A stretch of 64,000 bases of DNA from the NCBI GenBank assembly GCA_963770895.1, contig CAVYRF010000002.1:5760001-5824000 (forward strand), read 5' to 3'. Each line of letters opens with the position of its first letter. Within the stretch, counting starts at the first letter, position 1. The position numbers and the translations under genes were made by a program. Shown in pieces: positions 8,856 through 19,167 of the stretch. Origin of the DNA: an uncultured Acidobacteriota bacterium. GTDB lineage: Bacteria; Acidobacteriota; Thermoanaerobaculia; Multivoradales; UBA5704. The notes under the pieces were generated by a model, which saw nothing but the letters and a program-made list of their open reading frames with translations, made no database searches and had not been told where the DNA came from.

Positions 8856-10820
8856 CTACTTGCCGAGCAGGTGCAGGACGCCGGTCGAGAGGGCGGGGAT
8901 GTAGGTGATGGCGAGGACGCCGGCGCCCAGGATCGCCAGGAACGGCAGGACGTGGCGGTAGAGCTGCGGCAGCGGTTTGCCGAAGCGCGACGAGGACAGG
9001 AACAGGTTGAGGCCGACCGGCGGGAAGAGGAAGCCCAGCTCCAGGTTGGCGAGAAAGATCACGCCCAGGTGCACCGGGTCGACGCCGAAGGCGGCGCCGG
9101 TGGGGGCGATGAGCGGTGCCAGGACGATGATCGCCGAGTAGATCTCGAGCACGCTCCCCAGGACCAGCAGCAGCACGTTCAAGGCCAGCAGGAAGACCAG
9201 CTGCGAGTGGATGTGCAGCTTGACCCAGGCGAGCAGCTGGTCGGGGATCTGGGCTTCGACCAGGTAGCCGGTGAGGCCCATCGCGATGCTCAGCAGGATG
9301 AGCACCGCCCCCATCAGCGCCGAGGCGCGCAGCAGCACGCCGGGCAGCTGGCGGCCGATGGAAATGTCGCGGTGGATGAAGCATTCGACGATGACGGCGT
9401 AGGCGACGGCCGCCGCCGCGGTTTCCACCATCGAGGCGACGCCGCTGCCGAAGAGCGCGATGACGAAGACCGGCAGCCCCAGCTCCCACTTGGCGACCCA
9501 GCCGGCACGGGCCAGCTCGCGCCACGAGAAGCGCTGCACGGTGCGGGCGCGCGCCGCCCAGCCGGTGCGGATGCCGTAGGCGGCGACCAGCAGCACCAGC
9601 AGCAAGCCGGGCACCAGGCCGGCCAGGTAGAGCGACTCGGCCGGCACGCTGCCGCCCTGGCCGTTGCTGGCGACGACGCTGTACAGGATGACCGGCAGGC
9701 TGGGAGGGAACAGCAGCCCCAGGCTGCCCGCCGCGGTGACCAGGCCGAGCGAGAAGCCTTCGGGATAGCCGTCTTCCTTGAGGATCGGATAGACCAGGCC
9801 GCCCAGGGCGATGATGGTGACGCCCGAGCCGCCGGTGAAGGTGGTGAAGACCGCGCACACCGCCGCCACCATGACCGCGATGCCGCCCGGCATCCAGCCG
9901 AACAGGGCGCGGAAGAAACGCACCAGGCGCGAGGAGGCGCCGCTTTCGGCCAATACGTAGCCCGCCGCCGTGAGCAGCGGGATCGCCGGCAGGGTCGGCG
10001 AGGCGATCAGCCGGTAGACCTCCGCCGACACCGCCGCCACCGGCGTGCCGTCGGAGAAGAAGAGCAGCAGCGCCAGGCCGCCCATGGCGACGAAGACCGG
10101 CGCGCCGACCAGCGCCGCGGCGACGACCACCAGGGCGAGCGGCCAGAGCACGGCGCCGGCGTGCGCCGGAAAGAGCCCCAAGGCGAAGGCGGCGGCGATC
10201 GCCGCCAGCGACGCCAGGCGCCCGCGCCAGCGGTCGGCGCCCTGGCCGGCGCTCCAGGCAAAGCGCAGCGCCATGAGCGCCAGGGTCACCGGCATGACGC
10301 ATTCGCTGACCCACTCCGGCAGGCCTCCCGGCAGGATCTTGCCCTCCTGCCGGTTGGTGGCGACCAGCATGGCGCTGGCGTAGGCCAGGATCGCGACCAC
10401 CGCCGCCGCCACCGCGAACGCCGCGACGTGCGCGACGCGCCGGGCCAGGCCGCTGCCCAGCAGCTCGGCGGACGACAGCGTCAGGTGCTTGTGCCAGCGC
10501 GTCGCCGCCAGACCGCCGACGAAGGCGAGCCACAGGGTCAGCTGTTGGACGTAGAGCTCCGAGCCGGGGATGTGCAGGCCGCCCAGCGGCCGGCCCAGCG
10601 CGCCGATCAGCGGCAGCAGGGTGGCGAGCCCCAAGGCCGCCACCAGCACCCACTCTTCGACCCGTTGCAGCACGCCGCCGCCGCCGGTTTCGGGCTCGCC
10701 GCCTGGAGCACCCTGGCCCGCCGCGAAACCGGGTGCGACGGTCGCGACCGGGGCGGCCACCGCCGGCCCGGCGACGGGCAGGAACGGCTCGCCGCGGCCC
10801 TGCTCGCGTTCGGCGGTCAA
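8856..10820 (-). CDS. TRAP transporter fused DctQ-DctM permease
   Basis: Many TM helices; AIPLL, GSLGLLFPPS and PPVGLNLF DctM motifs; TTG start overlaps the dctP stop. Confidence 0.88.
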   Translation of the reverse strand: MTAEREQGRGEPFLPVAGPAVAAPVATVAPGFAAGQGAPGGEPETGGGGVLQRVEEWVLVAALGLATLLPLIGALGRPLGGLHIPGSELYVQQLTLWLAFVGGLAATRWHKHLTLSSAELLGSGLARRVAHVAAFAVAAAVVAILAYASAMLVATNRQEGKILPGGLPEWVSECVMPVTLALMALRFAWSAGQGADRWRGRLASLAAIAAAFALGLFPAHAGAVLWPLALVVVAAALVGAPVFVAMGGLALLLFFSDGTPVAAVSAEVYRLIASPTLPAIPLLTAAGYVLAESGASSRLVRFFRALFGWMPGGIAVMVAAVCAVFTTFTGGSGVTIIALGGLVYPILKEDGYPEGFSLGLVTAAGSLGLLFPPSLPVILYSVVASNGQGGSVPAESLYLAGLVPGLLLVLLVAAYGIRTGWAARARTVQRFSWRELARAGWVAKWELGLPVFVIALFGSGVASMVETAAAAVAYAVIVECFIHRDISIGRQLPGVLLRASALMGAVLILLSIAMGLTGYLVEAQIPDQLLAWVKLHIHSQLVFLLALNVLLLVLGSVLEIYSAIIVLAPLIAPTGAAFGVDPVHLGVIFLANLELGFLFPPVGLNLFLSSSRFGKPLPQLYRHVLPFLAILGAGVLAITYIPALSTGVLHLLGK

Positions 10821-11857
10821 TGCGCCGCGCCGCCGGCGCGCTTGCGGTATTCGTCGCGGTAGCGCAGCGCCTCGTCGAAGGCGTCGGCGGGCACGATCGG
10901 GCCGCGGACGTGGGGGTAGACGCTTTCGGCGGCCTGGCGCCACAGGTCACGGCCGTGCGCGTCGACCGGCACCACGGTCAGGCCGCGCTGCTTCATCGCC
11001 GCGACGTCGCGGTCGCCGCTCTGGCGGACCTCGGTGCGCAGCCGGCGGCCGGCGTCGCGCATGGCCTCGATCAGGGCGGGGCGGATGTCGGCCGGGATCT
11101 TGTCCCAGGTCGCCTTGGCGATCACCGTGCCGCCCAGCAGCAGCTCCCAATTGAGATCGGTCATGAACTTGGCGTGGGTGTAGTACTGGGTGAGGACCGC
11201 CACCTGCGGCGGCACCTGGATGGCGGTGATCAGGCCGGTCTGCAACCCCGTCGAGATCTCGGTCGCGGGCAGCGGCACCGGGTGGAAGCCGGCGGCCTTG
11301 TAGATCTCTTCGCCCTGCGGATCGCCGGCGGTGGTCATCAGCTTGAGCGACTTGAGGTCGTCGGGCGTCGCCACCGGCTTCTGGGTGAAGAAGTGGTTCC
11401 AGCCGCCGTCCACCCAATTGAGCGTGACGAAGCCCTTGGCCTCCAGCTTGGCTTCCAGGCCGGGGCGCACCTTGTCGAGGACCGCGTCGACCTCGTCGTA
11501 GGAGTTGTACATCATCGGCACGCCCAGGGCGTAGACGGCGCGGTCGATCTCGGCGATGCCCACTTCGGTGAGCAGGCCGGCGTTGAGCGTGCCCAGGCGG
11601 ATCTTGCGCACCACGTCGGCGTCGTCGCCGGCGACGCCGCCGGGATAGAGGCGGATGATGACGCGGCCGCCCGAGATCGTCTTCCACTTGTCGGCGGTCT
11701 CCTTGAGCACCTGGTACCAGGAGGACCCGTCCGGCACCAGCGTCGCCATCTTGACCACCACCTGCTGGGCATGGGCGGCGGGCGCGCTTATCAGGCCGAG
11801 CGCGACGACTGCCGCCATCGCCGCCATCGCTGCTCGGTGCAGAGCGATTCGTTTCAT
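10817..11857 (-). CDS. dctP: TRAP transporter substrate-binding protein DctP
   Basis: Signal peptide, KMATLVPDGSSW, YPGGVAGDD; lies between tatT and dctQM. Confidence 0.9.
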   Translation of the reverse strand: MKRIALHRAAMAAMAAVVALGLISAPAAHAQQVVVKMATLVPDGSSWYQVLKETADKWKTISGGRVIIRLYPGGVAGDDADVVRKIRLGTLNAGLLTEVGIAEIDRAVYALGVPMMYNSYDEVDAVLDKVRPGLEAKLEAKGFVTLNWVDGGWNHFFTQKPVATPDDLKSLKLMTTAGDPQGEEIYKAAGFHPVPLPATEISTGLQTGLITAIQVPPQVAVLTQYYTHAKFMTDLNWELLLGGTVIAKATWDKIPADIRPALIEAMRDAGRRLRTEVRQSGDRDVAAMKQRGLTVVPVDAHGRDLWRQAAESVYPHVRGPIVPADAFDEALRYRDEYRKRAGGAAH

Positions 11858-11876
11858 CTCCGTTCTCCTTCTCCCC

Positions 11877-12881
11877 TCACTCGATGAAAAGCTCGTCCGT
11901 GCGGCCGAGCAGCCAGCGCGCGCGGCGTTGCGCCAGGATGTTGGCCAGCCGCACCGCCGGCACCTGGTCGGGATCGATCGCCAGGGCGCGGTCCAGCAGC
12001 TGCTTGAACTCGGCTTTATCCTGGCGCGCCACCGAGACGGTTTCGGCGAAGCTCACCAGCGGCGCCGCGCGGTGCCCGCCGGACAGCGCCAGGGCGCGCT
12101 CCAGGTGGCGTCGCGCCGCGTCGAGCGAGCCGCCGACGCTCGACCGGCCGCCTTCGTAGGCGATGAAGAAATCGTGGATGGCGCCCATCTCGAACGATTC
12201 GTCGAGCGCCAGCGCCCGCCGCATGAGCGCTTCGGCGCGCGTCTGGTCGGCGGACAGGTCGGCGTTGTCCTTGGAGATCGCGATGGCGCTCCCCCACGCG
12301 GCGGCGGTCCAGTAGAGCAGCGGCACGTCTTGCTTGCCGGCGCCGTCCAGGGCGTGATCGGGGTCGTTGCGCAGCCGCTCGCGGACGCCGGGAAGGTCCA
12401 CCTCCAGGCCGCGGAAGCCGTAGCCGAGTGCCCGCAGGTACAGGTTGCGGGCGCGGGAGCGCAGCTCGGTCGCCCTGGCCAGGTCCTTGGCCTCGGCGAA
12501 GTCGGCTTCCTGCTGCAGGGCGCCGTAGGCATATTCGGTGTAGCCGCTGGCCGCCGCCAGCAGCAGGCCGCGGTTGGCCGGCGACTGCTCGAGCAGCGCT
12601 TCGATGGTCTTGAGGCCGAAGGGGACCGCCTGCCAGACCAGCTCGGGGTCGTTGTCGGTGGCGTAGACCGAGCTGCCTTCCGCCAGCGAGTTGCCCACTG
12701 TGTTGACGGCGATCTTCTTGAGCGAGCAGCTGCCGCCGCCCAGCGCCAGGGCGAACAGCGCGCCCAGGGCGGCGATGCGGCGCAACGTGCGGCCGGCGCC
12801 GGCGGCAGCGGTGTCAACCGGAGCGGCGATGGCCGCAGTCGTGGCAGTCGTGGCGTTGGTGGCGGCGTTGGTGGCGGTCAC
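11877..12881 (-). CDS. TRAP transporter TatT component (lipoprotein, TPR-like)
   Basis: Lipobox-like LGGGSC, D.DPELV..A.PF.LK..EALL, GGS...AR.H.ERAL; directly upstream of dctP; start chosen at GTG with RBS. Confidence 0.8.
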   Translation of the reverse strand: MTATNAATNATTATTAAIAAPVDTAAAGAGRTLRRIAALGALFALALGGGSCSLKKIAVNTVGNSLAEGSSVYATDNDPELVWQAVPFGLKTIEALLEQSPANRGLLLAAASGYTEYAYGALQQEADFAEAKDLARATELRSRARNLYLRALGYGFRGLEVDLPGVRERLRNDPDHALDGAGKQDVPLLYWTAAAWGSAIAISKDNADLSADQTRAEALMRRALALDESFEMGAIHDFFIAYEGGRSSVGGSLDAARRHLERALALSGGHRAAPLVSFAETVSVARQDKAEFKQLLDRALAIDPDQVPAVRLANILAQRRARWLLGRTDELFIE

Positions 12882-12903
12882 GGCGACGGTCCCCTTGGAA
12901 GCG

Positions 12904-14124
12904 CTAGAAAAGCTGCGGCTCGGACTGCCCCAACAGGCGCCGGGCGAGGTGGCGGCCGGTGGCAAAGCCGAGCGACATCCCATGGCCGTTCAAACCCGCT
13001 GCATAGATCGCGCCTGGCACCCCCGGCACTTCGCCGACGCGCGGCAGGCCATCGGCGGTGACGGCCATCGTGCCGCCCCAGCGCGCCGCCACCGGCAGGT
13101 GGGCGAAACGCGGGAAGGCTTCGGCGCGGAACCGTTCGAGCGCCCCCTGCACCGTCGCGGTGGGCGCCTCGGCGTAGCCGACCTCCAGGTCGCGCGCCGC
13201 CCAGCGGCAGCCGCCCAGCAGGAAGGTGCCGTCGGCCAGCTGGCGCGCGTATTCGTAGCCGTCGTTGATGTACCAGACGCCGTGCAGATCGCGCGGCGCC
13301 CCCGGCACGGTAGCCAGGATCTGGCCGCGCACCGGCCGCACCTCCCCCGCCAGGTGCGGCAGGAGCGCCGGGCTGTAGGCGTTGAGCGCCAGCACCACCT
13401 GCTCCGCCCGCACCACGCCCGCCGCGGTGCGCAGCTCCACCCCGCCGCCGGTGCCGCTGCTGGCGCCACCGCCATCGCCGTCGCCGGCGGCGGCGATGCC
13501 AAGCACCTGGCAGCCGCTGCGCACTTCGCAATCCGCCTCCGCCAGCAGCCGGGCGAGCCCGCGGCAGAGCGCGACGGGATCGAGGCCGCCGTCCTGCGGC
13601 TGGAAGATCGCGCCGCCCAGCCGGTCGCTGCCGCTGGCGCGCCGCACCTGCGGCGCCTCGCGCCATTCGACGTCGAAGCCCAGCGCCGCCAGCCGCTGGG
13701 CGCTCTGGCGCAGCTCGGCCTCCTGGTCGGTGCCGGCGAGCGCCGCCAGCCAGCTGCCCTCCTGCTGGAAATCGCATTCGACCCGCCGCGCGTCGAGGAT
13801 CTCCGCGCGCAGCAGCTCGCGGTTGACGCGCGACACCTCCCAGAAACGGTGCGCCGCCGCCTCCCCCACCTCGACTGCCATCCGCGCGTAAGGTTCGGCG
13901 GTGCCGGTGAGCAGGAAGCCGGCGTTGCGCCCCGAAGCGTGCGCCGCCACCTGGTCCGCCTCCAGCAGCAGCGGCCGCTTGCCGGCGCGGGTGAGCCACC
14001 AGGCGGTCGCCAGGCCGACGATGCCGCCGCCGACGACCGCCAGCTCCACCTGCTCCACCCGGCCGCCGCCGCGGGAGAGCCACAGCGACGGCAGCGCCTC
14101 AGCCCGCAAGGACGCTGCCTCCAT
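12904..14124 (-). CDS. FAD-dependent oxidoreductase (DAO/PuuB-like)
   Basis: VVGGGIVG dinucleotide-binding motif, ASGRNAG, GLNGHGM. Confidence 0.85.
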   Translation of the reverse strand: MEAASLRAEALPSLWLSRGGGRVEQVELAVVGGGIVGLATAWWLTRAGKRPLLLEADQVAAHASGRNAGFLLTGTAEPYARMAVEVGEAAAHRFWEVSRVNRELLRAEILDARRVECDFQQEGSWLAALAGTDQEAELRQSAQRLAALGFDVEWREAPQVRRASGSDRLGGAIFQPQDGGLDPVALCRGLARLLAEADCEVRSGCQVLGIAAAGDGDGGGASSGTGGGVELRTAAGVVRAEQVVLALNAYSPALLPHLAGEVRPVRGQILATVPGAPRDLHGVWYINDGYEYARQLADGTFLLGGCRWAARDLEVGYAEAPTATVQGALERFRAEAFPRFAHLPVAARWGGTMAVTADGLPRVGEVPGVPGAIYAAGLNGHGMSLGFATGRHLARRLLGQSEPQLF

Positions 14125-14860
14125 TCACGTTGAGGATCTCGCCGGTGACGTGGCGCGCCAGCTGCGAGGCGAGGAACAGCACCGGCCCGGCGATCTCTTC
14201 GGCCGTGGCGACGCGGCCGAGCGGGATGGTCGCCGCCACCTGCCGCCCTGCCGCGCCGTCCAGCGCCGCCTCGGTCATTTCTGTCGCCACCCATCCCGGC
14301 GCCACCGAGTTGACGCGCACCCGCGGCGCCAGCTCAAGGGCCCACGACTTGGTGGCCGAAATCAGCGCTCCCTTGCTGGCCGAATAGGGGCTGTAGAGCG
14401 CTTCGCCGCGCTGGCCGGAGGTCGAGGTGATGTTGATGATGCTGCCGTCGTCGGACGCCGCCAGCAGCGGCGCGAGCGCCGTCACGCACAGGAACGGCCC
14501 CACCACGTTGACCGCCAGCGTGTCGTCCAGGGCGGCGGCGTCGAAGCGCGCGAGCGGGTTTTCCACCCACACCCCGGCGTTGTTGACCAGGGTGTCGAGC
14601 GCCCCCCACTCGCTCTTCACCGCGTCGGCGAGCGCGCCGATGGAAGCCGCGTCGCGCAGGTCGCAGTGCCGAGCCAGGTGCGGCGCCGGGGCCGGCGAAA
14701 GCGCGCGCAGCTCGCTCAGCAGTGTCATGGCCGCCTGCTCGCGCGCCTGGTACTGGACCAGGACGGCGGCGCCGGCGCGCGCGAACAGCCGGCAGCAGGC
14801 GGCGCCGATGCCGCGGCTGCCGCCGGTGACCAGCACGCGCCGGCCCGCGAGGTCGATCAC
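14099..14860 (-). CDS. SDR family oxidoreductase
   Basis: TGGSRGIG, NNAG, YSASK. Confidence 0.92.
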   Translation of the reverse strand: MIDLAGRRVLVTGGSRGIGAACCRLFARAGAAVLVQYQAREQAAMTLLSELRALSPAPAPHLARHCDLRDAASIGALADAVKSEWGALDTLVNNAGVWVENPLARFDAAALDDTLAVNVVGPFLCVTALAPLLAASDDGSIINITSTSGQRGEALYSPYSASKGALISATKSWALELAPRVRVNSVAPGWVATEMTEAALDGAAGRQVAATIPLGRVATAEEIAGPVLFLASQLARHVTGEILNVNGGSVLAG

Positions 14861-16044
14861 TGGACCGACTCGACCAGCATGGCGATGCCCTGGCCGCCGC
14901 CGATGCAGGCCGACGCGACGCCCACGCCGCCGCCGCGCCGCCCCAGCTCCTTGAGCAGCGTGATCAGCAGGCGGGTGCCCGACGCGGCCAGCGGATGGCC
15001 GAGCGCGATGGCGCCGCCGTTGACGTTGAGCTTGTCGACGTCCAGGCCCAGCTCGCGCACCACCGCCAGGATCTGGCCGGCGAACGCTTCGTTGATCTCC
15101 AGCAGGTCGAGGTCGCTCAACTGCATGCCGGTCTTCTGCAGCACGGCGCGGATGGCCGGCGCCGGGCCGATGCCCATGCGCGACGGCTCGACGCCGACGA
15201 CCGACCAGCCGAGGATGCGGCCGATCGGCTTCCAGCCGCGCTCCTTGGCGCGCTCGGCGGTGGTCAGCAGCATCATCGCCGCGCCGTCGACGATCCCCGA
15301 GGCGTTGCCGGCGGTGACGAAGCCGTCCTTGTCGAAGGCCGGCGGCAGGCCCGCCAGCTCTTCCATCGTGCTTTCAGGGCGCATGTGGTCGTCGCGCTCG
15401 ATCTTTTTGGCCTTCTTGCCCTTGCCCACTTCGACCGGCACCACCTCTTCCGACATCTTGCCGCTGTCCCAGGCGGCGCCGGCGCGGCGCTGCGACAGCA
15501 GGGCGAACTCATCCTGGTCGGCGCGGCTGATGCCGTAGTCCTTGGACAGGTTGTTGCTGGTCTGCGCCATGTAGTAGCCGCAGTAGGAATCGAACAGCGC
15601 CACCATCAGCAGGTCTTCCAGCTTCCCCTGGCCGAGCTTGAAGCCGCGCCGCGCGCCCCAGATGACGTGCGGCGTCTGCGACATGTTTTCCATGCCGCCG
15701 ACCAGGCAGGTGGTGGCGTCGCCGGTCAGCACCATCTGCGCGCCCGAGATCACCGACTGGATGCCGGAGCCGCACAGCCGGTTGATGGTGAGCGCCGGCA
15801 CCTCCTTGGGCAGGCCGGCCTTGAGCGCCACGTGGCGCGCCCCGTAGATGGCGTCCGGCGAGGTCTGCAGGGCGTTGCCGACCACCGTGTGGTCGATCTC
15901 CTTGCCATCGACGCCCAGGCGGTCGAGCAGCGCGCGGGCGGCGTGGGCCGCCAGGTCGATCGCCGACAGGTCGGCGAAGACGCCGTTGTATTCGGCCATC
16001 GGGGTGCGCACCCCGTCGACCAGGACCAGATCACGAATATTCAT
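14857..16044 (-). CDS. Acetyl-CoA C-acyltransferase (thiolase)
   Basis: NRLCGSG, NEAFA, GGAIALGHP, CIGGGQG. Confidence 0.95.
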   Translation of the reverse strand: MNIRDLVLVDGVRTPMAEYNGVFADLSAIDLAAHAARALLDRLGVDGKEIDHTVVGNALQTSPDAIYGARHVALKAGLPKEVPALTINRLCGSGIQSVISGAQMVLTGDATTCLVGGMENMSQTPHVIWGARRGFKLGQGKLEDLLMVALFDSYCGYYMAQTSNNLSKDYGISRADQDEFALLSQRRAGAAWDSGKMSEEVVPVEVGKGKKAKKIERDDHMRPESTMEELAGLPPAFDKDGFVTAGNASGIVDGAAMMLLTTAERAKERGWKPIGRILGWSVVGVEPSRMGIGPAPAIRAVLQKTGMQLSDLDLLEINEAFAGQILAVVRELGLDVDKLNVNGGAIALGHPLAASGTRLLITLLKELGRRGGGVGVASACIGGGQGIAMLVESVQ

Positions 16045-17213
16045 CAGGTGGAGCCTCCATCGCGCCAGGCAGGGTCAGGCAGGTCGAAGGCGCGCGTCGC
16101 AGCCGCATGAAAGCGCCTCCGCCAGCGGTTCAAATTGATCGCCGGATCGAGCCGGTGGGCCAGCAGAACGAACACCCGCGACCGCGCCGGGTCGATCCAC
16201 AGGCTGCCACCCGCAAATCCGCTATGTCCAAAGGAGTCCGCCGACAGCGCCGGGCCTCCCCCTCCACGGTGGCGTCGCCGCCACCATCCCAGGGCGAAAG
16301 GTCCGCCCCCGGCCAGGGCCGCGGCGACCATCCCCCTGTCCAACAACCGGCGCGGCGCCAGCCATTCCGCCCCCAGCCGCCACAGGTCGGCCGCCGGCCC
16401 GAACAGCCCGCAATGCCCGCACAGCACGGCGCCAGCCGCTCCCCCGCGTTCCCCGCCCGGCGCGGCGGCCCCGGCTACTCCGCCGGCGCTGCCGGCGAGC
16501 GCCAGCCGGGTCAGGAAGCGGGCGTTGCCGTCCTGCGGCCAGCCGACCTGCGGCGGCGGCAGTGCCGCGATGGTCAGCCCCGCCCGCGCCGCCAGCTCCA
16601 CCTCCCGTCCCGTCCCCATCCGCGACTCCGCCACCGGCAGACCCGTCGCCGGCGACGCTCCGGTGGTGGCGGCGATCCCCAGCGGCGCCAGCACGCGCTC
16701 GGCGACCAGCTGCGCCAGCGGCCGGCCCAGCGCCCGCTCGGCGGCCCATCCCCACAGCAGGTAGTCAAGGTCGCTGTAGGTGCCGGCGCGCCCGCCCAGC
16801 AAGGCGCCGGAGCGCAGCAGCGCCTGGGCCGCGTCCAGCGAACCGCAGCGCGCATAGAGCGGCGTCCAGGCCTGGAGCCCTGCCCGGTGCCGCAGCAGCG
16901 CCGCGAGCGGCTGCGCCGCAAGGTCCGGCGCGGTGCCGGGCAACACCGCGCCCAGCGGCGTCGCCAGCGGCAGGTCGCCCGCGCGGTCCAACCCCAGCGC
17001 CAGCGTCGCCACGAACGGCTTGCTCAACGAACCGTAGTCGAAGCAGGTGCCGGCATCCGCCCGCCGCCCCGCCATCCCCTGGCGCGCCCACCCCGCCGCC
17101 CGGCTCCATAGGACGTCCCGCGGGCCGCCGACCAACGCCACGACCGCCGATGCGGCCCCCTCCGCGACCAGCGCATCGACGAAACGCTCGAGCGCGGTCA
17201 GGGGGGAGCGCAT
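16044..17213 (-). CDS. Serine hydrolase (beta-lactamase family)
   Basis: SxxK (SLSK), LLRHRAGL, YSD, HSGFAG motifs. Confidence 0.82.
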   Translation of the reverse strand: MRSPLTALERFVDALVAEGAASAVVALVGGPRDVLWSRAAGWARQGMAGRRADAGTCFDYGSLSKPFVATLALGLDRAGDLPLATPLGAVLPGTAPDLAAQPLAALLRHRAGLQAWTPLYARCGSLDAAQALLRSGALLGGRAGTYSDLDYLLWGWAAERALGRPLAQLVAERVLAPLGIAATTGASPATGLPVAESRMGTGREVELAARAGLTIAALPPPQVGWPQDGNARFLTRLALAGSAGGVAGAAAPGGERGGAAGAVLCGHCGLFGPAADLWRLGAEWLAPRRLLDRGMVAAALAGGGPFALGWWRRRHRGGGGPALSADSFGHSGFAGGSLWIDPARSRVFVLLAHRLDPAINLNRWRRRFHAAATRAFDLPDPAWRDGGST

Positions 17214-17229
17214 CCGGCGGCCGATCCTA

Positions 17230-19155
17230 TCAAACGGCGGCGGGCGCCGCCGCCCGCCGCGGCCTGCTCGCTGGATCTATAACGGGTGGAGACTTGCCGG
17301 TGAGCAGGACCGGGATGAGGTCACCGGGCAGACTCTGCATCTCAATGGCATTGCGACCCGCTAAAAACGCAGCGGGGATCTGGAGGCCGGCACCGAGGGC
17401 GGTATAAAAGCCCACCGAAAAGTTGATCGCGGTGCGGTCACTGATTGAACTTTTCATCCCGACGACGTAGGGGACGCGCTCGGCGATCGCCATCGCCTGA
17501 GCCTCCGAGTGACAGGAGTTGAGCACAACACAGCGCACCGCATCCGCGACCAGGTCAAAAAGGTGGACGAGGGCTGTCGTCGACACGAGCTGTGAGTCGC
17601 CCTGGTCGTTCTCGAGGACCAAACCGCTGGCACCCGTTCCGTGTCCGCAAAAGTGGACAATCTGTGGCCTGAGCTCCAGGATTGCCCGCTGCAAATCGAG
17701 AGGGCGCAGCGCGACGCGCTGCTCGAGGCTGAAAAGGTCCCGATACCTGGCGCGTCGGAAGCTGTCATCGATTTCCCGCATCTCTGCGTTCAGGCGCAGG
17801 CGCGTCTGATCGGACGGATCGGCCACCAGCAAGAGGATCTTGGCGACTCCGGAAACATCGCCAGACAAGGAGATCTGCTTGGCGATCGGTGTCCATGGCT
17901 GTGGCATCGCCACCTTCGCGTCGGACCTTTCCAGCTGGGCGCCGCTCGGCCCGGTGGGCAGCTTGGGAAGGTCGCTCGCGAACAGGTCTCTTGGCGTCAC
18001 AGGCAAGTCTGGTTCATCGCCTGACCTGCCGCCCTGGGGGAGCGCACCGGCCACCGCGGCCGTGGCTGTCACGACATCAGCGCCTGGATTGGCGAGCAGC
18101 TCCACAGCGATGGGTCGCAACGGAGCGCTGGCCGAGGGTGTCGCATACAACAGCGGCGCCTCTGTTTCAGTGCTGCCCGTTGCCAACTCCAAGGCCTTGC
18201 GAGCCGCAGCGACGCTCTGGCCGACCGTGGCACCGCCAACCAGCGAGGCATAGAGCTGCCGCTGCCAGGCGGCGCCGCCACCACCGGTCAGCCGGCGCCG
18301 CAGAGTGACCACCGACTCCAGGCCGCCACGGATAAGCGCCCGCGCGGTCAGGGCAAACGGGTTTACCTCGGAGCTTGTTTCGCCTGGTTCAAGCACTGCC
18401 AGCCGCAGCTGGTGATGGCCGGCGAGGCGACCAGCCATGAAGTCCGCGGTGACCATGCGAGGGTCTCCGCTTTCGCCTTCGACCAGCAGGCTGCCGATGC
18501 CTGAGCGTGCGTCGGAATGACCGCAACCTACGAAATGAAGGACCTGGAACGATTTCTGAGCGAGAGCCTGGGCAAGGTCAGGCATCCGGGCCGCCGGCAG
18601 GCGGGTGATCGAAAGCGTACCCGCGGCACGGAATTCCTGGAGCGCCGCCTGCAAGCCGTACCACGCGCGGTCGACCTCAACCCTGCGGTCCGGGAGACTG
18701 GGTAGGACTGCCAGGATCTCCAACGGACAGCCGAGGGCCTGCATAGAGCGGGGCTCCGTGGCGATGCTGCGAACGACGTCGATCCCAGCGAGGGGCGGGC
18801 CTTCGCTCAGCGCCTCCCATGGGATGTTCTCCAGCTCCGCCGCCGCTTCCAGGTCGACCCACAGACGCATGCACTTCCCGGCGGAGCTGGCCGCGGTCCT
18901 GGCGGTTTCAAGCCTGGCCAGGGTTTCACCACGAAAAACGGTCGAGAAAAGCAGCCCGGCGCCGGCCAGGGTCGCTTCTGGCCGGCCGCCGTCGGAGACC
19001 TTCGGCAGAAGGTCCAGGAGGTCCGCGGCAGAGAGACACGCGATGAGCGCGCCGCCGACGTCGCGCACCTGATATTGGCCGGGAGCGCTGCGGAAGCGCA
19101 ATGTCAGCTCTCCGGCCGTCTGTTGCACGCCGACGCTCAACCCTGTTGCGTCCAT
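17230..19155 (-). CDS. Tandem CHAT-domain protein (N-terminal degenerate, C-terminal intact)
   Basis: IPWEAL..QVLHFVGCGH..AVLEPG in the first domain; IVHFCGHG..VVLNSCHS in the second. Confidence 0.82.
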   Translation of the reverse strand: MDATGLSVGVQQTAGELTLRFRSAPGQYQVRDVGGALIACLSAADLLDLLPKVSDGGRPEATLAGAGLLFSTVFRGETLARLETARTAASSAGKCMRLWVDLEAAAELENIPWEALSEGPPLAGIDVVRSIATEPRSMQALGCPLEILAVLPSLPDRRVEVDRAWYGLQAALQEFRAAGTLSITRLPAARMPDLAQALAQKSFQVLHFVGCGHSDARSGIGSLLVEGESGDPRMVTADFMAGRLAGHHQLRLAVLEPGETSSEVNPFALTARALIRGGLESVVTLRRRLTGGGGAAWQRQLYASLVGGATVGQSVAAARKALELATGSTETEAPLLYATPSASAPLRPIAVELLANPGADVVTATAAVAGALPQGGRSGDEPDLPVTPRDLFASDLPKLPTGPSGAQLERSDAKVAMPQPWTPIAKQISLSGDVSGVAKILLLVADPSDQTRLRLNAEMREIDDSFRRARYRDLFSLEQRVALRPLDLQRAILELRPQIVHFCGHGTGASGLVLENDQGDSQLVSTTALVHLFDLVADAVRCVVLNSCHSEAQAMAIAERVPYVVGMKSSISDRTAINFSVGFYTALGAGLQIPAAFLAGRNAIEMQSLPGDLIPVLLTGKSPPVIDPASRPRRAAAPAAV

Positions 19156-19167
19156 GGTGGCGAAGGC

